Both the position numbers and the translations under genes were made by a program. From Dehalococcoidia bacterium (GTDB taxonomy: Bacteria > Chloroflexota > Dehalococcoidia > Lucifugimonadales > Australimonadaceae), in assembly GCA_965248455.1 (NCBI GenBank), contig OZ252105.1, forward strand, positions 1,754,737-1,818,736: 64,000 nt of DNA, read 5' to 3'. Under the pieces are notes generated by a model. The model ran no database searches. It was not told where the DNA came from and saw nothing but the letters and a program-made list of their open reading frames with translations. Positions 23,182-32,640 of this stretch are shown one piece after another; the stretch's first letter is position 1; every line of letters begins with the position of its first letter.

Positions 23182-26109
23182 CTAGCGCAGCGCTTCCGCC
23201 AGGTACTCGGCGACGTGGCGAGGGGTCTTGGACGTGAAGTGGCCTATCTGCTGGCGACAGGAGATGCCCGAGACGGCGACCGGCCAGCCGCGCTTCTCCT
23301 CCGCTTCGATCGCGGGGAAGAGCTTGAGCGCGCCCATCGCGTGAGAGATGTCGTAGTGCTCCTTCTCGAACCCGAACGTGCCCGCCATGCCGCAGCACGC
23401 CGAGTCGATCAGCTCCGGCTCGTAGCCCGCGACGCGCAACGCCTCCAGCGTCGGCCCTGCGCCCACAATCGCCTTCTGGTGGCAGTGCCCGTGCACCTGC
23501 ACCGAGGCCTTCCCGCCCTCCGCGAACGCCGCCTGCACCGCCTCCGGCTCGTCCTTGGCCAGCTGCGTGATCAGCTCGTCGAGCATCAGCGCCTGGCTCG
23601 CCACAGACTTTGACGCATCGTCGCGCAGCAACTCCGGGTACTCGTCGCGCAGGGTCAGGAGGCATGACGGCTCCGTGCCGACGATGAGCGTGCCGCGCTC
23701 CGCATACGGCGCGAGTACGTCCACGTTCGCCCGGGCCCAGCCCTTCGCCTTCGCGAGCTGGCCCTTGGAGATAAGCGGCCTACCACAGCATCCGCGCTGC
23801 GATTCGACGGTCACGTTGTAGCCCAGCGCTTCCAGGACGCGGACGGCAGCGTGGCCGACCTCCGGGTGCATGTACTCGGTGAACGTATCGTTGAAATAGA
23901 GGACGTCGCCGCGCGTCCCTTTCACCGACGGAGCGCGCCGCGAGAACAGCGAGGAGAACCTGCGACGCGCGAACCGTGGCAGCGGCCGCTTACGCGATAT
24001 GCCGAGCACGCGCTCAGTGATGAGCTTGGTGGCCGGCAGGCTGCCCATGAAGTTCGTCACCGGCGCGACCGCCTGCCCTATGCGGCTGAGGCGGGCGACC
24101 TCGCCGAACAGCCTGGCACGCAGCGGCACGCCGTGCTTCTCGTAGTACTTGCTGAGCACCTCGGACTTCAGCTTTGCCATGTCCACATTGGAGGGGCACT
24201 CCGCCTTGCAGGCCTTACACTCCACGCAGAGGTCCATCGTCTCGTAGAGCCGCTTGCCGGTGAGTTCCTCGGCGGGCAGCTTGCCGCTGATCACCATGCG
24301 CAGCATCGTGGCGCGGGCGCGGGTCGAGTGCTCCTCCTCCCGCGTCGCCATGAACGAGGGGCACATCCCCCCGTCGAGCTTGCGGCATGCGCCCTGGCTG
24401 TTGCACATCTCCACGTGGCCCGCGAATCCGCCGTCCTCGCTGAAGTCGAGGTACGTCGAAACGTCGAGCACCTCGACGCCGGGGCCGATGCGCAGATTCT
24501 CGCGGATGCCGGGCGTCTCGATGATCTTGCCCGGGTTCATGATCGAGTCAGGGTCGAACGTCTGCTTGAGCTGCTTGAACGCCTGGTACAGCTCGGAGCC
24601 GAACATCTTCTCCGTGAACACGCCGCGGACGATGCCGTCGCCGTGCTCGCCGGTGAGGCTGCCGCCGAACTCCAGCACGAGGTCGGAGATCTCCTCGGCG
24701 ATAGCCGCCATCTTCTCGACGCCCTCATGCTGCTTCATGTTGACGACGGGGCGGATATGCAGGCAGCCGGTGGAAGCATGGCCGTAGTAGGCCGCCACGG
24801 TGTCATACCGCGCGACGACCTCCTCGAACCGGCGCACGTACTCCGGCAGTTGCTCAGGGGAGACTGCCGTGTCCTCGACGTACGGGAGCGGCTTGGCGTC
24901 GCCCTTGAGGGCCATCGCCAGCCCAAGCCCGGCCTCGCGGAGCGCGTACCACCGCCGCTGCTGGTCGGGGTCGTTCGTGATCATCGTGGCGTAGCCGAGG
25001 CGGCGGCGCTCCATGTCCGCCTTGAGCGCTTCGAGTTTCGCCTGGACTTCACGGGGGGAATCACCGTAGAACTCGACGAACAGCAGCTCGCGGGGGTCTC
25101 CGATGAACTGGTCGAGCATGTGGCGGTAGCCGGGGTTCACCTTGCAGTTGTCGATGATCATGTGGCCGACGAGCTCGACGGCGGAAGGGCTGTGCTCGAG
25201 TATCGGCACCGACGCCTCCATACATTCGATGAGGTCGGTGAAGTGCAGCACGCCGAGTCCCTTATGCTGCGGCAACGGCACGAGGTTCACCCGCGCCTCC
25301 GTAACGGCGACCAGCGTCCCTTCCGAGCCGACGACCGCGCGGGTGAGGTTCATGGGGCCGCTGCCGGTGAAGTCGTCGAGGTTGTAGCCCATAACGCGGC
25401 GCAGGATGCGCGGGAAGCGTTGGGCAATCTCGTCGGCGTGCTCCCACGCCAGGCGGCGCGTCTCGCGGTAGATCGCGCCCTCCAGGTCGTTCTGCGCAAG
25501 CTTGTCCTCCAGCCCCTCGCCTACCGTGGGAGCGAAGTGGACGCGGCTGCCGTCCGACAGGATGGCGTCGACCTCCAGGATGTGGTCGAGCGTCTTGCCG
25601 TAGATCACGGAGTGCGGCCCGCAGGAGTTGTTGCCGATGCCTCCGCCGACAGTGGCGCGGGCGCTGGTGACGGGATCCGGGGCGTACATCAGCCCGTGCT
25701 GGCGCACAGCGGCGGAGAGGTGGTTGTTGACGATGCCGGGCTGCACCCGCGCCCACCGTTCCTCCGGCGAGACCTCCAGGACGTTGCGCATGTACTTCGA
25801 GAAGTCCATGACGATGGCGTGGTTGGTGGTTTGCCCCGCGAGCGCGGTGCCGCCGCCGCGAGGCATGACAGGCACGCCGTGCTCGCGCGCGACACGGATG
25901 GTGGCCTCCACGTCATCGGCGCTCCGAGGCACCACGGCGCCCACGGGCATCATCTGGTACATGGAGGCGTCCGTGGAGTACATGAGGCGGTTGTAGCGGT
26001 CCATCCGAATCTCGCCCGCGATCTGCCCGCGCAGCTTGTCGGCTATCGCGCTGACCTCGGACGCGGAGATGTTGGCGGCTTTACGCGCAGTCTCGTACAG
26101 CAGTGGCAT
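23182..26109 (-). CDS. FAD-binding oxidase fused to an Fe-S/CCG domain (GlcD-GlcF-type fusion; D-lactate/glycolate oxidase-like)
   Basis: 975 aa. N-terminal FAD_binding_4-type region (PRGGGTALAGQ). Central 2x[4Fe-4S] motifs (CNSQGACRK..., CVECKACKAECPS). C-terminal cysteine-rich CCG repeats (GCCG, ACCGMAG). Confidence 0.9.
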   Translation of the reverse strand: MPLLYETARKAANISASEVSAIADKLRGQIAGEIRMDRYNRLMYSTDASMYQMMPVGAVVPRSADDVEATIRVAREHGVPVMPRGGGTALAGQTTNHAIVMDFSKYMRNVLEVSPEERWARVQPGIVNNHLSAAVRQHGLMYAPDPVTSARATVGGGIGNNSCGPHSVIYGKTLDHILEVDAILSDGSRVHFAPTVGEGLEDKLAQNDLEGAIYRETRRLAWEHADEIAQRFPRILRRVMGYNLDDFTGSGPMNLTRAVVGSEGTLVAVTEARVNLVPLPQHKGLGVLHFTDLIECMEASVPILEHSPSAVELVGHMIIDNCKVNPGYRHMLDQFIGDPRELLFVEFYGDSPREVQAKLEALKADMERRRLGYATMITNDPDQQRRWYALREAGLGLAMALKGDAKPLPYVEDTAVSPEQLPEYVRRFEEVVARYDTVAAYYGHASTGCLHIRPVVNMKQHEGVEKMAAIAEEISDLVLEFGGSLTGEHGDGIVRGVFTEKMFGSELYQAFKQLKQTFDPDSIMNPGKIIETPGIRENLRIGPGVEVLDVSTYLDFSEDGGFAGHVEMCNSQGACRKLDGGMCPSFMATREEEHSTRARATMLRMVISGKLPAEELTGKRLYETMDLCVECKACKAECPSNVDMAKLKSEVLSKYYEKHGVPLRARLFGEVARLSRIGQAVAPVTNFMGSLPATKLITERVLGISRKRPLPRFARRRFSSLFSRRAPSVKGTRGDVLYFNDTFTEYMHPEVGHAAVRVLEALGYNVTVESQRGCCGRPLISKGQLAKAKGWARANVDVLAPYAERGTLIVGTEPSCLLTLRDEYPELLRDDASKSVASQALMLDELITQLAKDEPEAVQAAFAEGGKASVQVHGHCHQKAIVGAGPTLEALRVAGYEPELIDSACCGMAGTFGFEKEHYDISHAMGALKLFPAIEAEEKRGWPVAVSGISCRQQIGHFTSKTPRHVAEYLAEALR

Positions 26110-26226
26110 GCGACCATCCCTCTGGGGAAGTTATCCGGCCCGGAGCGTACCGGGCGCCCCTTCATATTACGACACCACCGCCATGTGGGGCTTGAATGTA
26201 TCTGCACAGACTGGCAGGCTATAGCC

Positions 26227-27135
26227 ATGGCACAAGCGGCGCTGGTTCCCCAATGGCCCCTTGACTCTGAAAACCCCCTCTTCGGAGGGCTACATACGAT
26301 CTACCACGCCGATGCGTTCGAGTGGCTGGAAGCGGCGCCACCCCATTCCATCCACGCAGTGGTAACGGATCCACCCTACGGGCTGGTCGAGTATACGAAC
26401 GCGCAGCTGGCCAAGCTCAGAGCTGGCTCCGGCGGCGTGTGGCGCATGCCTCCGGTACTTGACGGCTACAGGCGCAAACCAGTGCCGCGCTTCACGGTGT
26501 TGACCGAGGCCGATAAACAGAACCTACGAGGATTCTTCACGAGGCTAGCCTCTTCCCTGCTTCGCGTGCTGACACCCGGAGCACACGTTTTCATCGCTAC
26601 CAACCCACTGCTCTCTTACCTCGTTTACGAGCCGTTCATCAACGCCGGTTTCGAGAAGCGCGGGGAGATTATCCGGACGGTAACCACACTGCGCGGAGGC
26701 GACAGGCCAAAGAACGCGCACGACGAGTTCACGGACATCACCGTGATGCCACGATCCTCCTGGGAGCCTTGGGGCCTCTTTCGCAAACCCATAGAGGCTC
26801 GCGTACAAGACAACCTGAGGAAATGGAAAACGGGAGCGCTCCGCCGCCCATCCCCCAGTGAACCGTTCCGAGACCTCATCCAATCTTCTCCCACGCCGGC
26901 GCGGGAACGGGCGATAGCGCCCCATCCCTCATTGAAACCCCAGCATTTCATCCGGCAGATCACGCATGCATCCCTTCCCCTTGGCGAAGGGGTCATCCTC
27001 GACCCTTTCATGGGCGCCGGTTCGACAATCGCAGCCGCCGACGCCTTGGGACTGCACAGCATTGGATTGGAAATAAACGAGGATTTCTTCAACTTGGCCA
27101 GCAGGGCGATTCCTGCCCTAGGTGCTCTGGCCTAA
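26227..27135 (+). CDS. DNA methyltransferase, beta-class N6-A/N4-C (PF01555-like)
   Basis: This is the in-frame tail of the artefactual 1094-aa ORF 23851..27135, with the true start at MAQAALVPQW. Motif IV VVTDPPYG comes before motif I ILDPFMGAGST. Confidence 0.85.
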   Translation: MAQAALVPQWPLDSENPLFGGLHTIYHADAFEWLEAAPPHSIHAVVTDPPYGLVEYTNAQLAKLRAGSGGVWRMPPVLDGYRRKPVPRFTVLTEADKQNLRGFFTRLASSLLRVLTPGAHVFIATNPLLSYLVYEPFINAGFEKRGEIIRTVTTLRGGDRPKNAHDEFTDITVMPRSSWEPWGLFRKPIEARVQDNLRKWKTGALRRPSPSEPFRDLIQSSPTPARERAIAPHPSLKPQHFIRQITHASLPLGEGVILDPFMGAGSTIAAADALGLHSIGLEINEDFFNLASRAIPALGALA

Positions 27136-27141
27136 GCTAAC

Positions 27142-27750
27142 ATGGTCAAGCGCACAGACTTCGACACGGGTGTGCCGTTGCCTCCGGGCCTTACCGTGCA
27201 AGCACTCAGCCGGGCCGTCGAATACGTTGAGCGAGAGCTCGCTGAGCTTATAGAAATCTATTTCGAGCAGGCGAACGTGTTCAGCGCTCTCGTTGGAATG
27301 TACGGCGCGAAAGCGCTCGATTCGTTCAGCGTTTATGAGAAGAGCAAGCACACGGACATAGCTCAACAACGCTTTCCTGACCTCAAGAGGAGGGGCAGCC
27401 CTGACCCTCCGCCTCCAGAACAATCCCTCGAATCAAAGGCCAGCAAGCGTCCTTGGGAACTCCAAGCACATTACGACCATCCCGGCTGGTATATCGTTTG
27501 GCGCTACCTGGTCGACCCCACGATGTCGTTCGAACCGAACTGCCCACTCATTGTCTGGCGAGTCGACGTCGCATTCCTGAACAAGAACGACTGGAAGTAC
27601 GAGCGCAGCACGGCCGGCAATCAAGGCGGTGGGCGAACGCACACCTTTGGCCTGATCAAGGCCGCCAAGCGACTGGCCAACACCCACGTCTATAAACGCA
27701 GCGACGTCCGTCTGGTCGGCGGCAAGCCTGGCCCCGCTAACGGGCATTAG
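27142..27750 (+). CDS. Putative PD-(D/E)XK restriction endonuclease
   Basis: 202 aa, starting 6 nt after the methyltransferase stop. FPDL...(16 aa)...LESKAS fits PD-(D/E)xK. No other recognisable domain. Confidence 0.5.
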   Translation: MVKRTDFDTGVPLPPGLTVQALSRAVEYVERELAELIEIYFEQANVFSALVGMYGAKALDSFSVYEKSKHTDIAQQRFPDLKRRGSPDPPPPEQSLESKASKRPWELQAHYDHPGWYIVWRYLVDPTMSFEPNCPLIVWRVDVAFLNKNDWKYERSTAGNQGGGRTHTFGLIKAAKRLANTHVYKRSDVRLVGGKPGPANGH

Positions 27751-27773
27751 CCGCTCAACTCTACTCATGCAGG

Positions 27774-27968
27774 CTAACGACGCTGCGCTTTGCTGCGCCA
27801 TGGACCGGGAGGTCCGTCGAGGGGCGCGCAGACCTTGCACGGACGGAAGCCCGCCGCACGAGCCTCGGACTCCGATTCGAACGCTACGCGATGCTCCGGC
27901 TTCGTGCGGCGTCCTGGTGGGCAGTTGGGGCGGCAGAAGATACGGGTGGTTACGCAGCCGTTGAACAT
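27774..27968 (-). CDS. Stand-alone Ada-type zinc-binding domain protein
   Basis: 64 aa. TTRIFCRPNCPPGRR...RVAFESESEARAAGFRPCKVC matches the Ada N-terminal Cys4 Zn domain pattern. Confidence 0.7.
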   Translation of the reverse strand: MFNGCVTTRIFCRPNCPPGRRTKPEHRVAFESESEARAAGFRPCKVCAPLDGPPGPWRSKAQRR

Positions 27969-28058
27969 ACCGTGATGATACTCGCGCCGTGAGTCCCATG
28001 AACAGATGGGCTGGCTCAGGCGTTCAGCAGGTGCTCAGGTGGTAGGCTTACGCACGAG

Positions 28059-28910
28059 ATGAACCGCATCGTGCTTGCCGACAATATGGCGGTGCTCCCG
28101 ACTATCGAGCCGGGCACGGCCAACCTCATCTACATCGACCCGCCGTTCAACACCGGCAAGGCGCAGCAGCGCGACCGTCTGCGAACCGTGCGCGACGACG
28201 AAGGCGGCGACCGCACCGGCTTCCAGGGCAAGCGCTACCGCACGCTAAAGCTCGGCTCGCAGTCGTTCGCGGATGCGTTCGACGATTTCATGGCGTTCAT
28301 CGAGCCCCGGCTGATGGAGGCGCACCGCATCCTCGCGCCGGACGGCTCGCTCTTCCTCCATATCGACTACCGCGAGGCGCACTACTGCAAGGTGATGCTC
28401 GACGCGCTCTTTGGCCGGGAATGTTTCATGAACGAGATCATCTGGGCGTACGACTACGGCGGACGACCGAAGAATCGCTGGCCCGCCAAGCATGACTCGC
28501 TGCTCTGGTACGTGTGCGACCCTGAACGCTACACGTTCAACTACGAGGCGGTCGACCGCATATCGTACATGGCGCCGGGGCTGGTGGGCGCCGAGAAGGC
28601 AGCGCGAGGCAAGACGCCCACCGACGTCTGGTGGCAGACCATCGTGCCTACGAACGGGCGCGAGCGCACCGGCTACCCGACACAGAAGCCGCTCGCGATT
28701 CTCGACCGCATCGTCAAGGTGCACTCGAACCCCGGCGACCTCGTGATGGACTTCTTCGCGGGGTCGGGCACGACGGGGGAGGCGGCGGCGCGCAACGACA
28801 GGCGCTACTACCTCATCGACAGCAGCATCGAGGCCGCGCAGGTCATGGCGCAGCGCCTCGCCTTCAGCGCTCCTGAGTGCGTGGGGTTCACGCCCGCTCA
28901 GTGTCGGTAG
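28059..28910 (+). CDS. DNA methyltransferase, beta-class N6-A/N4-C (second copy, different sequence)
   Basis: 283 aa. Motif IV IYIDPPFNTG and motif I VMDFFAGSGTTGEAA. Confidence 0.85.
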   Translation: MNRIVLADNMAVLPTIEPGTANLIYIDPPFNTGKAQQRDRLRTVRDDEGGDRTGFQGKRYRTLKLGSQSFADAFDDFMAFIEPRLMEAHRILAPDGSLFLHIDYREAHYCKVMLDALFGRECFMNEIIWAYDYGGRPKNRWPAKHDSLLWYVCDPERYTFNYEAVDRISYMAPGLVGAEKAARGKTPTDVWWQTIVPTNGRERTGYPTQKPLAILDRIVKVHSNPGDLVMDFFAGSGTTGEAAARNDRRYYLIDSSIEAAQVMAQRLAFSAPECVGFTPAQCR

Positions 28911-29508
28911 GCGCTCGGCCAGCGAGGGGCGCGGTTACGAGCCTGGTGTAGCGTGCGCCGGTCGGTAGCAACTCGCTGCGGTACAGTCCAACGTCCTCGA
29001 CCGCTAACGGCACGGGGGTCACGTCCATGTCGGCGACGGCGCGACGCAGCGCGTCTGATCCGGTGCGCGCGTCCGACGATGCCCCCGGACGTATCCTGCA
29101 CACCGTCAGATGCGGGCTGAACGACAGCTCCTGCTTGCCGCAGCCCATTGCCACGAGCGCAGCCGACACATCGCGCTGTAGCAGCCTCAGCGCATCGAGG
29201 TCTCCTCCTACGCCAACCCAGAGCACACGCGGCGCGCCCCGCGACGGGAAGACGCCTGCGCCCGCCAACGATAGCTCGAACGGGGCGTGCCTCGACGACG
29301 CCTGCGTGAGCGCCGCGTCAATCATCGCAACGTCATCGGCAGGGCGGTTGCCGATGAACTGCAGCGTGAGGTGCGCACCGGCCACGTCCATCCAGCGGGT
29401 GCCGTCCGGCGCGAACGTCCCCATCGACCCTCCCACGCGGCGCAGCTCTTCGCGGGCGGACTCGGGCAGGCCTATGGCCGCGAACAGGCGCAGGTCTCCA
29501 TCAGCCAT
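28888..29508 (-). CDS. thpR: RNA 2',3'-cyclic phosphodiesterase (2H phosphoesterase, LigT/ThpR)
   Basis: 206 aa. Two HxT motifs (HLTLQF and HLTVCR). Its 3' end overlaps the convergent methyltransferase gene by 23 bp. Confidence 0.85.
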   Translation of the reverse strand: MADGDLRLFAAIGLPESAREELRRVGGSMGTFAPDGTRWMDVAGAHLTLQFIGNRPADDVAMIDAALTQASSRHAPFELSLAGAGVFPSRGAPRVLWVGVGGDLDALRLLQRDVSAALVAMGCGKQELSFSPHLTVCRIRPGASSDARTGSDALRRAVADMDVTPVPLAVEDVGLYRSELLPTGARYTRLVTAPLAGRAPTDTERA

Positions 29509-30061
29509 GACTCTCCTCCTTCACGCGCGCAACGAGAGCCGCGAGAAGGCGATACCACGACGTTATGTCGTCGAGCGAGTAGGAGGCGTTCGCTGGGCTG
29601 GGGTTCGGCGCGACGAATACGCGGCTCTCCCCGATGCGCTCCGTCTGCTCACCGAGGGTTACCTCTTTCCGCTTATCGCCCTCCGCGTACTGAAGGAACC
29701 ACTTGTAGCCGGTGATGCCGTTGAAGCAGACGACGAGCGGGGCTGCCGATGCGAGGTTCTCTTTCGTGACCGGCGCCCATCGGCGGAAGTCAGCGGCGCG
29801 CAGGCTGGACGCGCTGTTGCTCGCGCGCTTCACCACGTCCGTGAAACCGACGCCCCGCTCGACGAGCCATGCCTCGTCTCCGGGAATCAGGTCGCGTTCG
29901 GCGGTCACGAGGCCGGAGCGGCTGAGCGCGCGCCAGAACCGGTTCTGCGGAGTCGCGAAGTACCTGCCAACGGATGCCGAGTACGCGCCAGGGTTGATGC
30001 CCACGAACACGACATCGAGGCCCGGCCGCAGGTAGTCCGGCAGCGTGGGAGCGTCAGCCAT
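29501..30061 (-). CDS. Mismatch-specific uracil/thymine DNA glycosylase (Mug/TDG, UDG family 2-like)
   Basis: ORF 29501..30445 trimmed to MADAPTLPDYLRPGLDVVFVGINPG... (186 aa). Shows GINPG and ...NPSPAN motifs. Overlaps both neighbouring genes by 8 nt. Confidence 0.8.
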   Translation of the reverse strand: MADAPTLPDYLRPGLDVVFVGINPGAYSASVGRYFATPQNRFWRALSRSGLVTAERDLIPGDEAWLVERGVGFTDVVKRASNSASSLRAADFRRWAPVTKENLASAAPLVVCFNGITGYKWFLQYAEGDKRKEVTLGEQTERIGESRVFVAPNPSPANASYSLDDITSWYRLLAALVARVKEESHG

Positions 30062-30914
30062 CGGCCAGACCCAGTAGGCGCGCAGCGTTCCCGCCAAGCA
30101 CCGCCTGCGCATCACGGGCGTCGAGCGTATCCCGCGCCTGCGCGATGACACGTCCGGCCCGCAGCAGCGGGTAATCCGAGCCAAACAGGATGCGCTCCGC
30201 GCCCGCCGCCCTCGACGCGACGCTGAACACATCCGCGTCGTAGAGAAACGGCGACGCCGCGCTGTCGAAGTACGCATTCGCAAGCGCCTCCCGCACCTCC
30301 GGCATGAGAGCGTAGAAAGGCAGACCGCCTCCCCAGTGCGCGAATACCCACGTAACGTCCGGGAAGCGCAACGCAGCCGCGAGCAGCTGATCCGGAGTCG
30401 TCCCGCCCTTACCGGCGTAGGCGTGGCCGACGGGCTCAGAGCCATGGACGACGATAGGCAGGCCCCTCGCTACCGCGAACTGCGCGATGGGCTCGACGGA
30501 TGCGCCGGATGCTAGGTCCACGCCCTGCGAGGTCGGGTGCAACTCGCCGATGCCTCTCGCGCCTGCATCCGCGCAACGCTCGATCTCGCGCAGGGCATCG
30601 TCGCCCCAGGCCGGATGGACGGCGCAGAACGCGATGATGCGACGAGGGAATCGAGACGCCGCATCCAGGAGGCAATCGTTCGCCTCGCGGGCTACAGCGA
30701 GGTCGCACCAGCCATAGCCGAGGGCGACCGAGACGTCCACGCCGTCCTCATCCATCGCCGCGACGAGTTCCTCCGCTGTGGTCATCCTCCCGCCCTCGCT
30801 GAAGAGCGCGGCGAACGTCGCATCGCGCCCGGCGATCTCATCGCGGCGTTCGCGGAACGAGGCCGGCAGCAGGTGCGTATGCCAATCGACAATCACGAGA
30901 TGTCCATGCTGCAA
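30054..30914 (-). CDS. Amidohydrolase-family TIM-barrel metal hydrolase
   Basis: 286 aa. VDWHTHL N-terminal metal motif and ...GSDYPL near the C-terminus. Confidence 0.75.
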   Translation of the reverse strand: MQHGHLVIVDWHTHLLPASFRERRDEIAGRDATFAALFSEGGRMTTAEELVAAMDEDGVDVSVALGYGWCDLAVAREANDCLLDAASRFPRRIIAFCAVHPAWGDDALREIERCADAGARGIGELHPTSQGVDLASGASVEPIAQFAVARGLPIVVHGSEPVGHAYAGKGGTTPDQLLAAALRFPDVTWVFAHWGGGLPFYALMPEVREALANAYFDSAASPFLYDADVFSVASRAAGAERILFGSDYPLLRAGRVIAQARDTLDARDAQAVLGGNAARLLGLADG

Positions 30915-30969
30915 GGTACGAGCATGCGTTCAGAGACGACATTCCGGCAGTGGGCAGGGTCCGTAGACG

Positions 30970-31345
30970 TGGCCAGGCGTGTGAGGGAGTGAAACCTCTG
31001 TCTCATTTTGATTCATTCTGATTCATTTTTTCTTATCCGCAAGGCGAGGAGCGGGACGGTTCGCAAGCGGCCCTCCGCCCAGGCAGAGGGCCTCCCAACC
31101 AAAGGGATGCGTCGTTCCCGCGCAGGCGGGAACGACGGAGGGCGTTCTGCTCAGCCTCTCGTTCATTTCTGTTGCTATCCCGCTTTTGGTACGGCTGTCA
31201 GGAATGCGTAGGAGTCGCAAACTTTTTATTTGGTTCCATTTGCTTCCATTTCGTCCCATTTCTACCGTATGCACGGGGCCTGCACGGGGAATAACTAACG
31301 TATGCAAACAATGTAGGGGTTGGCGCGACGATGGGGCAATGGGCA
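30970..31345 (-). repeat. Stacked element copies: B (30970-31030), H (31111-31136), B (31211-31265), A (31285-31345)
   Basis: Reverse-complement iterons AATGAATCAG / AATGAATCAA / AATGAGACAG at 30998-31027. Hairpin GTCGTTCCCGC-GCAG-GCGGGAACGAC. Reverse-complement iterons AATGGGACGA / AATGGAAGCA / AATGGAACCA at 31231-31260, next to AATAAAAAGTTTGCGACTCC. Module A reads GCGACAGATGCCCATTGCCCC...CCTACATTG. Confidence 0.8.
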
Positions 31346-31388
31346 TCTGTCGCAGATACGTTGAGGCCGTGATTACAGACAGCCCTTC

Positions 31389-32129
31389 GTGGGTTTCTCC
31401 GCTATGCTCAAGGAGACCTTTGCATCCAGCGCAGGCTATCCTCTGTCTCTCATCCTGTTCGTAGGCGGTACTATGCTGCGACCCACCGACGCCCTGCCGA
31501 CGTACCTCCGCGATTACCGCGAGATGCGCCATAGCCACGACCGCGACCTCCTTGGCGTGTTCAGAGCAGTCCGCGACCTCATCGGCGTCCAGCGCGTCGT
31601 CTATCCCGGCAGCTACGTACACCTCACTCCGTCGCTAGTGTTCCCGCGCGTGTGCTACGTGGACTCGGTCAAGGGATTCGGCGCCGCTATGGAGTCCGGC
31701 GACCTACCCGCGTGGCTCGACGCACACAAGGAGTACGCGGAGCAGGTCAAGGTTACCGCAGTCGAGGCCGCCTACGATCGGCTCCCGTCCACGCTGCTCG
31801 CGGGATTCGGCCTGATGATCTCGCTCAACGCGGGCGCCATCTCTCAAGAGTGCAAGCCGCTGCTGGCTGCTGGCTCTCACCTCCTCGCAAACGACGGCCA
31901 CTACGACGCAGCCCGCGCCCACGTGGACGCCGACTACACCCTCGTAGCAGCACTCAGCGCCGACGGCGCCGTCGAAACGGGCGAGGAAGCGTTGCGCGGG
32001 TACTTCGTCAGCAAACAGGGGCAGCCGCTGACACGCGAGATGCTGGCTGAGAATGCGCAGCGCTCCCCAAGCAAGGCTCGGTACAAGACGGCCCGCACGG
32101 CGGATGCTTTCCTGTTCCGGTTCAAGTAG
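31389..32129 (+). CDS. Hypothetical protein (start uncertain; MLRPTDALPTYL at 31473 is an alternative)
   Basis: 246-aa ORF with coding-like composition. No motif I can name. Confidence 0.45.
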   Translation: MGFSAMLKETFASSAGYPLSLILFVGGTMLRPTDALPTYLRDYREMRHSHDRDLLGVFRAVRDLIGVQRVVYPGSYVHLTPSLVFPRVCYVDSVKGFGAAMESGDLPAWLDAHKEYAEQVKVTAVEAAYDRLPSTLLAGFGLMISLNAGAISQECKPLLAAGSHLLANDGHYDAARAHVDADYTLVAALSADGAVETGEEALRGYFVSKQGQPLTREMLAENAQRSPSKARYKTARTADAFLFRFK

Positions 32130-32157
32130 GTGCTCTCATCCCTGCCGCGGCGGGGCG

Positions 32158-32640
32158 CTATCGGGGCACGGCGGCGGCTTCGGGGTGCTGGGCAGCGGCC
32201 CTATCCTCCACCACCAAGGAACGCCCAACGACTTCGAGGGCCTTTTCGACTGACGCAATGTGGGATCGATGCCCCGGATCGAGAAGCCGGCGGACTGCGT
32301 TCTCCTGTAGGCCCAGCCGGGCGGCAAGGGCGACATTGGTGATGTCCTGTTCCCGCATCGCCGCATAGAGGGCAATCTTCGCTGCGACGATGGGCACCAC
32401 GGAGATCAGCACCTGGCCCTCCGCCAGAAGGCTGGGAGCGGGGATGTCTTCACGGGCCTTGACGCACATGCCCAAGGCGACTCCCAAGCAGTCCTTGGCC
32501 ATCTCCAGTGTCTCTTCCCATGACCATCCGCCTGTGTTGGCCCCGTACACGTCCGGAAAGGTCGCGTTGTAGGCTTCCCTTCCAGTCGTTCGTTCTTCCT
32601 CCACATCACGGACGATACTGCACGGGTAGGCGTAGCGCAT
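32158..32640 (-). CDS. hicB: HicB-family antitoxin (HicB fold plus C-terminal HTH)
   Basis: Internal ATG at 32640, preceded by GGGAG. MRYAYPCSIVRDVEE...TNVALAARLGLQENAVRRLLDP. Confidence 0.8.
   Translation of the reverse strand: MRYAYPCSIVRDVEEERTTGREAYNATFPDVYGANTGGWSWEETLEMAKDCLGVALGMCVKAREDIPAPSLLAEGQVLISVVPIVAAKIALYAAMREQDITNVALAARLGLQENAVRRLLDPGHRSHIASVEKALEVVGRSLVVEDRAAAQHPEAAAVPR

Noticed and set aside
23851-27135. 1094-aa plus-strand ORF, the longest in the track
   Set aside because: Its first ~790 codons are antisense to the well-supported 975-aa FAD/Fe-S oxidase gene and have Arg/Ala/Gly-rich high-GC junk composition. Only the last 302 codons (from ATG 26227) form a real gene, the DNA methyltransferase.
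31023-31622. 199-aa minus-strand ORF
   Set aside because: It is composed almost entirely of repeat-element sequence (H hairpin, B iterons, module A), and its 5' part is antisense to the plus-strand ORF at 31389..32129. The translation shows the repeat-derived VVPACAGTTHP-type peptide.
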